Of a DNA stretch of 64,000 bases, positions 49,690 through 63,984 are shown piece by piece. Origin of the DNA: Utricularia gibba (Eukaryota; Plantae; Magnoliophyta); contig CM007989.1 of assembly GCA_002189035.1 (NCBI GenBank), forward strand, positions 2,294,001-2,358,000, read 5' to 3'. The notes under the pieces are model-generated. The model saw only the letters and a list, made by a program, of their open reading frames with translations, ran no database searches and was not told where the DNA came from. Position numbers and translations under genes: made by a program. How positions within the stretch are numbered: position 1 is the stretch's first letter; each line of letters begins with the position of its first letter.

Positions 49690-50186
49690 CCAATAGTCAA
49701 ACGTACGGCCGCTGATATTATTACCCCCATCATAAAAATATAATTTAAAATTTCTCTAATATTTTATTATTTTAATTTGAAAAAGCGGAATGAAAATCGC
49801 ATCTGTTGGATTCCATTGACTTATGCCGTGCTTCTCCCACGCCAAATCAACAACTCGCCGAATTTCTCTTCTTTTCTTGTCTTCTCCTGGAATCTGTATT
49901 CGTTGTTGGTATATGGGGTTTTAAAAATGGTTCATGTGAACCCGTCGTGGCGTCCTCGCCTCGCATCCCTATTCAATCCCGCTTTTGAAACCTTTTTCTC
50001 CGTTCTCACTTCTGCCATTTGGGGTATTCTTGATTGCTTGCCAAGATTCTGATGTCCGTGATCTCTAAAATATCACTCCTATTCATAGGATCGATAATTC
50101 AGGTTGTGAACTTTGGTTTCTAGGCGAATTTGTCGCAAACCCATCTCGTGTTCTATGCCTGGCGCTGAGTGAAAGCCAGCGGTATC

Positions 50187-51770
50187 ATGGCGGCGCAGCG
50201 AGGGGCGGTGTTGGATACCAGTGACTGGCCTTTGGTGCGGGATGTGGAGAAAAGTTTGGATTCTCCTGGGAGAAAGGTGAAGGCTGGGAAATTCCCTTTC
50301 TCTAGCTGGGAATTTGTGGTGGCTATGGTGACCTTTTTTGTGTTTTCTTTTGGGTTGTTGTGCGTTTACATCACCATGCCTGCTGCGGAGTATGAGATTC
50401 TAAAGCTGCCTCGTTCCTTGGCTGATCTTCGTCTGATCAAGTAAGGAGATGTCCTGCTTTACATGGTTAAGCTTTTGTTTGCTCTTAGGGAAGAAATATG
50501 TGTTTCTGAACAGCCTAATGTTGTTTAATACCCCTATATTCTCAGCTTTTTCTCTGATCTTTCAGCAGTTAATTTAAGTGCATGAGGGCTTATTAATTGA
50601 AAGCCTACTCGCTTAAGAGATTGCATTCTATACTTTGTTTATGATTTGTCTAGCTACCCGGACACCTAATGTGCCGAACTATTTTGTAACATTTTCTCTG
50701 TTTGCTGATTAGAAACATTGATATTCTTAAAAGATATTTGTGAAGGACCATCATCTTAAAGGCTGAATTTTTCAGGGATCATCTTGCAGCATATTCCGAA
50801 TTACATCCATCCAAGTTCATTCTGGTCTACTGTTCCACATATATTTTCATGCAGACTTTCATGATTCCTGGGACGCTTTTCTTGTCTTTGTTAGCGGGAG
50901 CACTTTTTGGCATTATCAGAGGTCTTTTCTTGGTTGTTTTCAATGCAACTGCAGGCGCATCAACTTGCTATTTTTTGTCAAAACTGATCGGTCGACCTAT
51001 TGTCTTTTGGCTGTGGCCTGAAAAGCTCCATTATTTTCAAGGGGAGGTATGCTTCTTCTATGCAGATCCAAATCTGGATCCGTGGCTTCTGCTTTGTAAA
51101 ATTGTTCAAATTCTTCATCTCAGCTAGGTTGTGTTTCAAATTTAAGATAGTAGATGTCGTTCAGTATCTGCTTCTCAACCAGGATTGGTTTCATTTTCAG
51201 GACTTTTGTGCTCATATGTGTTATAGCACGCATTTAATTTGTTCCTTTTTGAAATCTACGTTGTTTAGTAGCTGGTGATTCTTAATATTCATTTTAAAAG
51301 CGTTTGTTTGATGTTCAGATAGCAAAGCGGAAAGACAAGCTGCTGAACTACATGCTGTTTTTAAGAGTTACTCCAACTCTGCCAAATCTGTTTATCAACT
51401 TGGCATCTCCCATTGTGGATGTCCCATTCCATATTTTCTTCGTGGGACATTATTTGGGCTCATCCCAGCTGCCTACATCACAGTTCGAGTAAGCATCACT
51501 TGCCTTCTACATTACTCGTGGGCATGCTTTTTCTTGGTATCTCTTGTTGTATCACCCACATGAAATGTGGATTTAGATATGAGTGATCCATATTTCTGTT
51601 TTTTCCATATTGATAGTAGCAGTTGTGTGTAATGACAGGCGGGGTTGGCCCTTGGAGATCTGAAGTCGGTAAAGGATTTGTATGACTATAAGACGCTGAC
51701 CATACTTTTCCTGATTGGATCACTTTTACTACTACCCACACTTATGAAGAAGAAGCAGGTTTACGAGTAG
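50187..51770 (+). CDS. SNARE-associated Golgi protein (VTT/DedA, TMEM41-like), apparent 1-bp frameshift in exon 3
   Basis: LKLPRSLADLR, YIFMQTFMIPGT...SLLAGALFG, LFLRVTPTLPNLFINLASPIVDVP, AGLALGDL. GTGGGACA near 51443 needs one more G to reach the CGA|GTAAG donor in frame. Confidence 0.9.
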
Positions 51771-52072
51771 ATAGTTTTTTTAGAGAGGAAACTGCTTTGT
51801 ATTGTGCTGTGTGCATTAGAAATGGCAGGGGCATGTCTCTTGGTTTGTGGAATGAGAACTTGCGGGCTTCAACTTCATGTTCATGTTGTGGAGTCTGATG
51901 CCATATTTTGGGAAGAAGCGTAATCGGAACCGGGAATATGATAACTTGGAAACAAAGATTTATTTAACAGAATGTTGCCGCAGCAAACAAGAAAAGTTGG
52001 CAAAAGATAACCCAACTGTTTAAACATCATAATACGCAGTGCTATGTACTGAAGTCTAAAGCCATCCATCTC

Positions 52073-52842
52073 TCAGACGTTCAATGTCCCCTTCCCAGAA
52101 TGAGGCTGGAGTGTTTGACTGGGGACAACTTGAAGCACCCCTGGTTGTTCTGCGCAATCCAGGAAACAAAATCATCAGAACATAACTAAAATTGAAGACA
52201 GAATTCCAACAGTTGGAACTCAAATTCAAAGATCAAATTTTGATCGCAGTGGGATCACAAGCCAGAGTATTCTCCGTCAAATACCAGTACAGGATGGGGT
52301 GAAGCATGGTATTTATCTACGTGTAACAAAGGGCAAGTACAATACATAAAAGATCCCTCAGCGAGGACGACAAACAGGAAGTCAATTTCTTTCAAGGCTT
52401 ACTTGACAGCTGAGAAGCCTGTTCGGGAGTCAGCTTAGCAGAGAACCCACTCGCCGCATGCTTGTAGCTGTACAACGGAGCGTCCTTGGCAGCGTCCTCA
52501 CTGAAAACAAAATGTGAAACTGAACATTTGCGTTACCACAGAACAAAGTTCGAAACAGAATTAACAATGGAATTCGGGGAGTGCACACGCAGTGGAAACC
52601 TAGAAATTTCAAATCGCCCATCACAGCAAATCTAAGAGGGAGAAAATTGTAACCTGCTGAAAACAGAGGCGAGGGTCTCGATGTGATACTCCGCAGGCTC
52701 CTCATCTTCCGGTCTCGGTGTACACTATGTGTGCTTTCGGCTCAGAGGATGATGAATCCGCAGCAGCCATTGACGATGACGCTATGTCGGAGACGACGTA
52801 GAACAGCAGACGCGCAGCACCTGGGCTTCTGGGCATTCTCAT
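52073..52842 (-). CDS. Subtilisin propeptide-like inhibitor (peptidase inhibitor I9), 3 exons, frameshifted (2-bp deletion); pseudogene or sequence error
   Basis: HIVYTE(R)PEDEEPAEYHIETLASVF, YSYKHAASGFSAKLTPEQ, KQPGVLQVVPS. ACCGAGACCGG at 52711-52720 lacks GA. Confidence 0.8.
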
Positions 52843-53776
52843 ATTCTTTTGTTGAAAGTGGACACCACCTCCACCGCGTTTCTTAATATTTAATATATGC
52901 ATTATATTGTACTTTATTTTATTTTATTTTTTTTGTTAAGCCAACCTCGTTCCTACAAAAGGATTCATTCAATTGGCCAAACCCCACACCATCAAGCTTT
53001 CTTCCCACCGCAGACTCGAGTTCCTGTTTTTGACTCCTTTAGCATTCGACTCTCACCTTCACCGGCGAATCAACGTCGTCCCCCTGCGTTCAAGCTTCCT
53101 GTGCATATCTCATCCTCTGGATTCCCACAAGTATCGGCAATGAGATGTGCTAATTCCTTTCATCCAACTGAAGGCACTTCGGATATCTTGTCAGTTTACA
53201 TGCACAAAAAGTGATCCATAGCATGACGTTTTACAATTGTCACCAAACACAGCAGCCACACACAACTCGAAGTCTTCCTGGTTTCCACACTCAACAGGCA
53301 TTCCCAAATCTACTTCAGGAGTGGCACCTGCAGCATCCAAATGATGATATAAATCCTTTAGTGTGTAAGCCAGCAGTAAAACTGAAAGAAAGGCTTTCTG
53401 CACTGCTGTGTCATTTTTCCATCCATCATGAATACAAAGAATAATCGATAACTCGATTCTGCATGATGCATTATTTAAAGCTACATTGACATGAGTTCAT
53501 GGAAGAAAGCACAATAATAGGCAAATAAGTTTCTTCATCCCCGTACACCCTAAGGAGAAACGCCATGCATTATTTTCTTTTTGTGTGTGCATTTATATTT
53601 CAATTCGAGATTACTAGTTGTTAGCCTTGGAATTATTATTGGCATTCTTCCTTCTCGCACATGATCCATTGGTGGCCACTCAATAGGGAATGTTCCTTAA
53701 CTGAATACTATGCCCACTGAAGGTATAATGAGCCACGTATTAGAATTAAATCAACTTACAGGATCAAAAATCCATG

Positions 53777-55598
53777 TCAGCCCAACCTTGCCTCGCGCTG
53801 TAGAACCTAAAAGACACAAATATCACAGAGTAGATAATCAGGAATCTGAAGCCTAAGAGCTTTAATCTCACTAATTCTTCCAGCGACTTATTTCAGTAAT
53901 AGATTTAGAGAGTCGGTGCAACAAAATTATTTAATGTCTAATTGAGAAGTACCTCTTCAGCAAACTTAATCAAAATGGTTGTTCTGGGTCTCTGCTGACC
54001 ATCCACGGGAACAAAATGAGCTGTTACCACCGCCGGGAAGCCTGCATTATCCAGAACCCCCTTCCAAGATAGAAAAATATTTTAATTCATATAGCTTGGA
54101 GGAACAAAAATTCTTAGATAGTTTCTTTATGTTTAGAACGCACCCTAACAATTCCAGCAACAAATGCCCCACAGTTGAAGGCACCCATATCCTTGGGTAT
54201 TGAAATAAATCTACGATAAGCAAGAAAGAAAAAGGGTATATAAATGTATTGTTCCCACTGTGACAGAAGACATCAATTTGGCTACCTGTTAACCAGAAGT
54301 TCCTTCTCACTGATCATGTACTCATCTTCATGCTCAGTACCTTTTTCAAGTGAGTCAGCTACCTGAATTGATGAGAATAAAAGATAAATTGCTAACTGAG
54401 ATTTCTATCAACCATTCGTCCCTTAAGAAATAAATGCCATTTAATGTAAAATGTGGCACGTTAATAGAGAGGCTCCATATAATACTTATGAGAAAACCAT
54501 AAGAAGATGTACCAAACCTTTCCAAACAAGACCTTCCACATTGTGCTATGAATAAAGGATAAGATTCCCAATAGCCTTGTCTCCCTCCTATTACCCTATG
54601 AAGATGAAAATCGATATATTGATCATATTAGAAAACTGAAAGAAAGAAGCTGAAATAAATACTGTAATATGCCGGTTAGCGGAATATTGTAAGGTATTTT
54701 GAGGTCAATTGAATCATAATAGTCACAGCTGAATTAAATCATAACAGACTTTTCTAGAAACTAAACTTTACACAACGAAATGCAAAGAGTAGGAATATCT
54801 GATGAAAATCTAAACTTTACACATTACCTCTGTCCATCTACATGTCCTCCAATGAAGAGCATAATAATGAAAGAATACGCTAGATAAAAAATTAACAAAG
54901 ACACATCACTTCTAATACGGTGACATATAATGAAACCAGAGCAATTTAATTGGATGGTGTTGTAAATTAAAAAAGAAAAAGAAGCACACCTTCTCTCGAT
55001 GGCAAAGAAGTTCCAAAACTCTAACTCCGACAGCATAACCCGCATCCTCAAGCCTGATCTCAATTATAAAAAGAAAAAAGAAGCTCCAAGATTACATCAA
55101 CTCTTCGAACTTTCACTATTTGTATTTTACTCCGCAATATGTAAGCAATGAAAAGATGCCCATGGCTAGGGAAGCGAGAAAAAGTTCTATCAGAATTAAA
55201 ACCAATCGAATGATCAATTTACTCATTTTCCATTACGCTCATGACCATATTTGGATAAAATATTCTTGAGAAGACGAAAACAGATTGATTACAGTTTACC
55301 TCCTTTCCAATTCAGTAATATTGTCCACCTGCGTCTGATTATACTGAACAAGCTCGGAGAACAAGAACGCAAATGCACTTAGACTGACCTGCATCACAAA
55401 CTCAGTTAACGTACATATCACAATCCAAAACGCTATCCCGTGAATCTAATGGCTAACACATAGGATCGAGAAAACTCGCGAAAATCGAAGCATTAACTAT
55501 CAGAATTCAAACAAAATTGAAACCACCTCTTGCTTCCCTTTTCCGAGAGGTCTGTCGAGCACATTGGAGTACTGCCGTATCTTCCCACTTCCGATCAT
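53777..55598 (-). CDS. TRS31: TRAPP complex subunit 5 (TRS31/TRAPPC5), 8 exons
   Basis: MIGSGKIRQYSNVLDRPL, VSLSAFAFLFSELVQY, RRETRLLGIL, FNCGAFVAGIVRGVL, VTAHF, REARLG*. Confidence 0.95.
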
Positions 55599-55913
55599 CC
55601 TTCTTCCAGAGGTAAGCAAAGTCCAAGGATCAGGGGTTACTGCTAGCCTTCTTCTCGTCAATCATCTGTGTGAGATTTGTTCAATTGGATCGCTGTGCTT
55701 CATTCTTGGGCTTATGGAAGGGCCCTCCCAATATAAATTTTCTTTTTTATATTAAAAGAATTTAATTTTAATATAACAAACAACTCTGAATAAAGGTCAA
55801 AATAAAAGCCAAGGAAAATAAAAAAGAAAAGGGATGAAAAGAAATGGTGATGAAGCAAACACTTGGATTTCACCGGCTAATCTTCGCTGAGCTTCCCGTA
55901 GTACCCACCGGAG

Positions 55914-58069
55914 ATGATGAACCTCCGGCCGAAATTCATGCCGACACCCGTCAACTCCGCTAGATACTGTCCGTCGATCACAAAAATGGTCCGGAAATCT
56001 CAGCTGAGACCTACTCTTGTCCTCGCCTGTCTCATCACTCTCTACGTGCTCTATTCCTTCTTCACATACTCTCCTTTTTATCATATAAGTAGAGCCTCGA
56101 TAGATTTGGAAAGTGAGGGAATCCCATATCGGAGATCAAAGGTCAAAGTATACATGTATGATTTGCCCAGGAGATTCACTTACGGGGTGATTGAAAGCTA
56201 CGTTTTTGCTCGTGGAGGTGAAGCCGTGGCCAGCGATGCCCTGCTCAAGTATCCTGGGAATCAACACTCTGCGGAATGGTTCTTGTTTTCTGATTTAAAT
56301 CGGATGGATCAGGACCGCGGTGATTCCTTTGTGACTCGAGTTAAGAACCCTGATGAAGCTGAGCTCTTCTATGTGCCCTTTTTCTCTTCGTTGAGCCTTA
56401 TTGTTAATCCAATTCGACCGAACGCGACTAATGTCTCTCCAGATAGACCTATTTACAATGACGAGCAGACACAGGTAAGTCTGAACTTAGGTAGCCTAAT
56501 TTTTGAAATGTAACTATTACATTACCTTTAGAAATGAAAGCTGGTTCTGCTTCTGCCCCACGAAGACTGTACTCATTTTCCTCTCAGTGATTTCTTCTCC
56601 TTTCAAGTGCCTTACGTTTTTGTGAACTCTTTTGCATGATGAGTAATGAATCTTCATTATCAAGTCGTTCATTGTTGTACCAGATGTGCTCATGTGATCA
56701 TACTTATTCAGGAGGATCTTCTGGAATGGTTAGAAAAGCAGGTGCATTGGAGGAGGAATGATGGTCGAGATCATGTTTTTATATGCCAGGATCCCAATGC
56801 TCTTTACAAGATTGTCGACAGAGTAAAAAATGCCATTTTACTGGTTTCTGATTTTGGGAGGTTGGCCCCCAATCAAGCGTCACTGGTGAAAGATGTTATC
56901 CTGCCGTATTCACACAGAATTAATCCGTACAAAGGGGAAATTGGACTTGAGAATCGCAAGTCTCTCCTTTTCTTTATGGGTAATCGATACAGAAAGGAGG
57001 TAACAATCCCCTGTTATTTTTTTTTTTCTGCATCTGCTTCTAGCATTAGTTTCTCTACTACCCTGTTATTTCGATTGTCTCTGCTCCAATGAATCAAAAT
57101 GTCATAAACCATGATTGGACATTTTCATCTCTGTTACGAATTTCCAAGGCCTCCTTATGAAATTGTATGTGATTCCCATCCTTCTTAGAAGTAAATTCTG
57201 TTATTTCCTGGTCTATTTATTTGACACGGTGTAGCTTCAGTGGCACGTAAAAAGTATCGTCTGTGTAACTGGTTTTTGTGCAGTGTTAGATAGTACATTC
57301 GTCTTTTCTTCACTTTCACGAACACTTCTGTTACTACTTTCCTGTGGTTTGCAGGGTGGTAAGATTCGAGATATGCTGTTTCAAGTCCTTGAGAATGAAC
57401 CAGATGTTATAATCAAACATGGGGCACAATCTAGGGAGAGTCGTCGCATAGCATCACAGGGTATGCACACTTCAAGATTCTGTTTACATCCAGCTGGAGA
57501 TACTCCATCAGCATGTCGACTTTTTGATGCTATTGTGAGTTTGTGTGTTCCTGTGATCGTGAGTGACTTCATTGAGTTGCCTTTTGAAGATGTAATTGAT
57601 TATCAAAAAATATCTGTTTTCGTTGACACAAAAAATGCTGTGACACCTGGACACTTGGTGAATCTTTTGAGGAAAACGAGTCCAAAGAGAATATTGGAGT
57701 ACCAAAAGGAATTGAAAGAGGTACAGTTTTCTTTTAGTAACAAGAGCTTGATTACTCTTTTCACCTTGCCATTGAACTAAAGATTTTCAGAGTCTCTTGA
57801 GAGCTACCATCTCCTAAACTCTCTTGACCGTGGTGAACAGAACAATGTTATGCCTTACTACTGCTTCTGACAACCTGCAGGTCAAGAGGTATTTCGAGTA
57901 TCAAGACCCAAATGGGACTGTCAAAGAAATCTGGCGCCAAGTTTCCTTAAAGCTGCCCCTCGTGAAACTGATGTGTAATCGCAGCAAACGTCTCGTGATA
58001 AGAGACCTGACACAGCCCGACTGTTCATGCCTTTGCTCTAACCAGTCGGGAGTACTCCCTACACTGTGA
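55914..58069 (+). CDS. Exostosin family (GT47) glycosyltransferase, ARAD1-like, 4 exons
   Basis: [72 protein letters not shown]. Start could be 55914 or 55986. Confidence 0.92.
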
Positions 58070-58642
58070 AATTCCTTGGAAAGGTTATAGAATGATCTCT
58101 GCAGCATGCCTAGAGATTGACTGGAACCAGCCTGATAAGTTATTGATGCCTTTACATCACCTGAAAATTTTGCTGCCCTCCCTACTGTTGGTTAGGGCAT
58201 GCGGTTTCTTTTGTTGACATTAGTTTTGCGGCTGCAATTCCCTGTATAGTAACATCTATACATTTAGAGCCTCACTGAGGTCGGTGTCTGATAGTTGCAG
58301 AGTTTTTCTTTTTGTTCAAGTTCCTGGGGATTGTGAGATGCTTTCTAGTTACAGTTTTTGTTCAGAAATCTTGCAACAGTGGGAGCTTCTATAAGGATAA
58401 TAGCTCAAGTCCATTTTTGTGTAACGCTAATAAGCTGACACTCATTTCATTACAGTATCATCCATCCCAAATCTGCGTGTTATGTGTTTACAGAGGTGGA
58501 TTAACACAGTTTTAATGAATCTATACTGAAAACTCTGGCATCAAACCTCATACACTGAAATTTAAAAGTTTTGCACAGAAGGCAGGCGAAGAAGGAAAAG
58601 GTCGTGGAATGGAGACCATTTCATTTCCTTGCAAGACTTGAT

Positions 58643-59828
<1,186 letters not shown>

Positions 59829-60323
59829 AGGACCACTGTTGAATATAGCATCTGTCAGTGAATTCCCTAGTCGAATTCATCTCAAAACAAGAGCAAGAAG
59901 AAGAGAGGGGGAAGAGTTGGGAACCATCGCCACCGTAGTAGAGATGAGGAATTCACGGCCGCCATTGACGAGAACCAGCAAACGCTGCCGGAATGGAATT
60001 TTGTTTTTATTTTCAAAAAAAGAAAACAAATCTTGAAATACTATTTTAACGTGGGACCCACATACTAGGGTTTTGAGGTACGTTTCAGTGGGGCCCAAAA
60101 GGGGTAACATACAAGCAAGGGACTTGTGTGTACAAGAGATATGGGATGGGCATTTTTCTGATGCTCTTATTTGTACTCACCGGAGATGAATAAAGTTAGC
60201 GATGCGATGGGTCTCGTGGGAACACAGGGAGGAAGGTCACGTGCACAGGGCTTGCCATTGCAGCTTCCAAGGAGATGGGAGAGAAATGGTTGATTATCAT
60301 CAGATTTTTTTACGTCTACAGCG

Positions 60324-60396
60324 GCCGTCTTAGCTCAGTCGGTAGAGCGCGTGGCTTTTAACCACGTGGTCGTGGGTTCAAGTCCCACAGACGGCG
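60324..60396 (+). tRNA. trnK-UUU: Nuclear tRNA-Lys, anticodon UUU
   Basis: 73 nt; acceptor stem GCCGTCT/AGACGGC; anticodon arm CGTGG-CT-TTT-AA-CCACG; T loop GTTCAAGTC; T-runs just downstream. Confidence 0.97.
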
Positions 60397-61044
60397 ATGC
60401 GGAAACACGTTTTCGTTTCATTTGTATTTTGTTTGACGTTCGATTATCCAACAGAAAATTCATTGCGATGGCGATTCGCTTCCGAGACTCGCAGCGGCAC
60501 AGGGCGATGCTGAGACATAGTGGCAGTTGCCAGTGTGCTGCGGTAACTTAACTGGAATGACTTGAGGGACAGGACAGACAGTATGCGTCATATTTCAAAA
60601 TTAAATTTATTATCAGATTTTTATTTAACAATATAAAAATTTGTGAATAATTTTTATTTTTTTAAAAAATTGAATTCCTGTTTGTTATTTTATTAGAAAC
60701 GTCTTTCCAAAAATAATTTTAAAAAAGAAAATTAACATACCCGATTCATCCGTTGGCCCGATTACTCCACAATCGGTTACCCGATTACAGCGTCCGTTCG
60801 GATGGATTGGGTTCCAAGTTCCAACGGCTCTATTTCTGGAACTGAGCTGGAGTAATGGTGGGCTGGGCCCTGGTATGAGCCCAATATCGTTTCTGGATCG
60901 TCACCTTCAGCCTTCAACAGTCATCCATAGCATAACGGCTAGCAGTCGGATCTTGTAGCCGTTACGCACAACATTCGAAAGGTACACTCAGCAGTCTTCG
61001 CATTTTTGCTGCCCTCAACCGGAGGATTCTGTCTCTGCCACAAG

Positions 61045-63193
61045 ATGAATCTCAACATCTTCAAGAAGAAAACTTCCCCCAAAGGTGATTCTGCGGCGCA
61101 TCTCCGTTTTTGTATTGAATCACTCTTTTGTGCTCACCGAAGGAAAGCGTTTCCACATTCACCCGTTTTTTTCCGTTTAATGTCTTGCTACTTCATATGG
61201 GTTTTTCTCATTTGGGTTGGAGAGAAGGTGAACTAACTATCGTCGTTTACTTTGCATTTTCAGAAGCTCTCAGGACGAGCAAAAGGGAAATGGCAGTTGC
61301 CACCAGAGGTGGATGTTTCAACATTTTTTCCCTCTAATTGGCTATCTGATGTGTGTGATCTCATAGTTTTTTTCTTCCGCGACAGGCATTGAACGAGAGA
61401 TTGCGTCATTGCAGTTAGAGGTATTTTCATTTAAACAATGGCTTCTCGAGTTTGTGCTTATGCGTGCTGCTTCCCACGGAGTAAACTAATTCCAATCTGA
61501 CAAGTTTTAGGAGAAGAAGTTGGTTGCTGAGATCAAGAAGACTGCTAAAACAGGAAATGAGGCAAGTTTCTTCGATTTCATTGATCCAATACCAATACAT
61601 AGTGGCAGAATATAGATGAAAAAAAAAAAGAATGATTCCCATCCTCGTGAAGACTTGTACAGTTTGGAGCCAAGCCTTGGTATCCTTTGGATGTTAGAGG
61701 AGTTATGGCTTTAGCGATCTGTTCATTTTAACTGTTATTCGAGTTACCTATAAAAATGGTTTCTTGCTACTTTTGTTTTTACAGACTGCTACTAAAATCT
61801 TGGCTCGTCAATTGGTTCGCCTGCGGCAGCAGATAACTAACTTGCAGGGAAGCCGTGCACAAATCCGAGGAGTTGCGAACTATACACAGGTCAGGGTGCA
61901 CTTAGTATGAAGCAAACTCGGTGGAATCATCACCGAGATTCCAATGAAGTGTCATAACATGAAAATTGTAGATAGCCTTCCAAGGCATGTTGATACTCTT
62001 TATTCTATTTCGTTCACATTTTCATGTTTTCAGGCACTGCATGCTAGTACCTCGATTTCAACTGGCATGAAAGGTGCAACTAAGGCAATGACTGCAATGA
62101 ACAAGGTAGGTTTTGGGTTGTCATCATATGGTTTAAATATATCTTCAGTATCACTTCGCCAAAGATGGCGCACAATCATTTCATGAGTAATTCTATTTCA
62201 GCAAATGGAGCCTGCAAAACAAGCTAAATTGATTAGAGAGTTCCAGAAACAGTCTTCGCAGATGGATATGACGGTAATTTGCAACATTGTCAAGCTGTAT
62301 TTAGGATCACCGGGGATGCCTTAACACTCTATCCAGTATGGTGTATCTGCATTATGCATTAAAGATACTATTTTCTTTTCAGATTGAGATGATGTCTGAG
62401 GCTATTGATGAGACATTGGACAAGGATGAGGCAGAAGAAGAAACTGAAGAGCTTACTAACCAGGTGAAGAATTACTCCAGCAGAGGAACATATCCCACAC
62501 ATTTTGGCCCTTTTAATTAGTTTCTTTTTGCAGGTGCTTGACGAGATTGGCGTGGATATTGCTTCTCAGGTTAGTTTCCTTTAAAGCTGTGTGTGGACAA
62601 TCCTCTTTGTGAAGTAGATATACTGGCCTGTGTTATAAAGAAGCAGATATTGACTTGTTCAATCCTCGTAAAACCTTATGATGGAGTTTGACCCTGTTTT
62701 TTTTTGGGAACAGTTATCATCAGCCCCAAAAGGAAGGATCGCATCAAGGAAAGCTGAAAATGCTGCTCCCAGTCCCAAGTAAGCATCCTTTTTGGCCTTT
62801 GACCTTTAAATTATATAATGGGTGCACTTGCAATCTAGATTGATAGCAACTTTATACCCATTTCTCTAGCGGCTTTGGACCATTTGATTCATTGCTTTGA
62901 TGGATTTGGATTTTGCATGAACCAGTTTGATCAGATTTTGATTTTTTTTGTGAGCTCTTGGTTTGGTTTGTTTGCGTTGTTCCTACGAATATGTATGGGA
63001 TTCATTGTAATGGTATTGATTCATTTATACTGCGAATTTTGAGTGTCTCGAGTGTTCTCTCTGCATGCTCATGTTTGTTTTGTTTTCTACCATCAATGCA
63101 TGGCATCCTATTGACAGTAACGCTGCATCTGCATCAACTGATGCTGACGTCGAGGATCTGGAGAAACGGCTAGCATCTCTGCGGAGAACATGA
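61045..63193 (+). CDS. VPS2.2: ESCRT-III VPS2/CHMP2 homolog, VPS2.2-like, 11 exons
   Basis: NIFKKKTSPKEALRTSKREMAVATRGIERE, KILARQLVRLRQQI, VLDEIGVD, LEKRLASLRR; all phases consistent; GC donor at 61562. Confidence 0.93.
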
Positions 63194-63522
63194 CAACATT
63201 ATCAGTCACCACCCCCTGCTTTTATGTATCATCAAACAGATACAGGCTTGTAATGTTTCTATTTACATCGAGGACTACTTCACATCCATTTAGGATCAAA
63301 TGCTATCACTAAACCATAGTTAATATGTTTGGATCATATCATGCATAACAAAAGCTGAAAAATCCCTTCAGTATTTAGCTGCTACAGTCAAATCTCTGAC
63401 TCTTTCAATCAAAAGTTACAAAAATCAACCATTCCCTAACAATTTTTACTGTTGGGAATGACAGCGCTAGCAAGAATTTTGTATGTAATAAGCAAAAGCA
63501 TGTTCTACGAGACAAAGAAAGG

Positions 63523-63984
63523 TCAAGAAGACAAAACATCCGCGGCAGTTACCTTATGCACATCATCAGCTTCTCTAGTCCACTCCCAAATGGGAGTACA
63601 AGGGCTATCCTCCATTCTGCCCACCCTAATACCATCGTCCAGCCTTCTGAATATTGCAATTTGTGATGCAAAACCCGGCTCAACATCACCAGAACCACCA
63701 ACTCCACTGAACTCGACACCATAGTTGTGCCTCGCAGCCAACTCAGATGCCCAATGCTGGAATTGTTGCCTTGTCCACTCAAACTTGTGGTCATGGTTTC
63801 TGAACTTACAGATGGACTGGTTCTTCTCTTCGAGGTCTTCATCATGGCTACTTGGGGCTGATCTCTGGAGGATCGTGTTGTATTCATAGTTTGGTGTGGA
63901 GACAATGAGGATTTTGGGGCAGAAAGAGCCTAGAGTCAAGTCGCCAAATATCCATGCATCTTCTTCCTCCATGTGCTCAATCAC
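63523..63984 (-). CDS. HEN1: Small RNA 2'-O-methyltransferase HEN1, last exon only (gene continues beyond the window)
   Basis: VIEHM, ILIVSTPNYEYN, FRNHDHKFEWTR..F..WA, FSGVG, ASQIAIFRR; acceptor CAG|GTG at 63984. Confidence 0.93.
   Translation of the reverse strand: MIEHMEEEDAWIFGDLTLGSFCPKILIVSTPNYEYNTILQRSAPSSHDEDLEEKNQSICKFRNHDHKFEWTRQQFQHWASELAARHNYGVEFSGVGGSGDVEPGFASQIAIFRRLDDGIRVGRMEDSPCTPIWEWTREADDVHKVTAADVLSS

Noticed and set aside
59877-59927. Extra HINT2 first exon with a mutated or AT-type donor
   Set aside because: The implied intron would be only about 45 nt; a start at 59828 is simpler.
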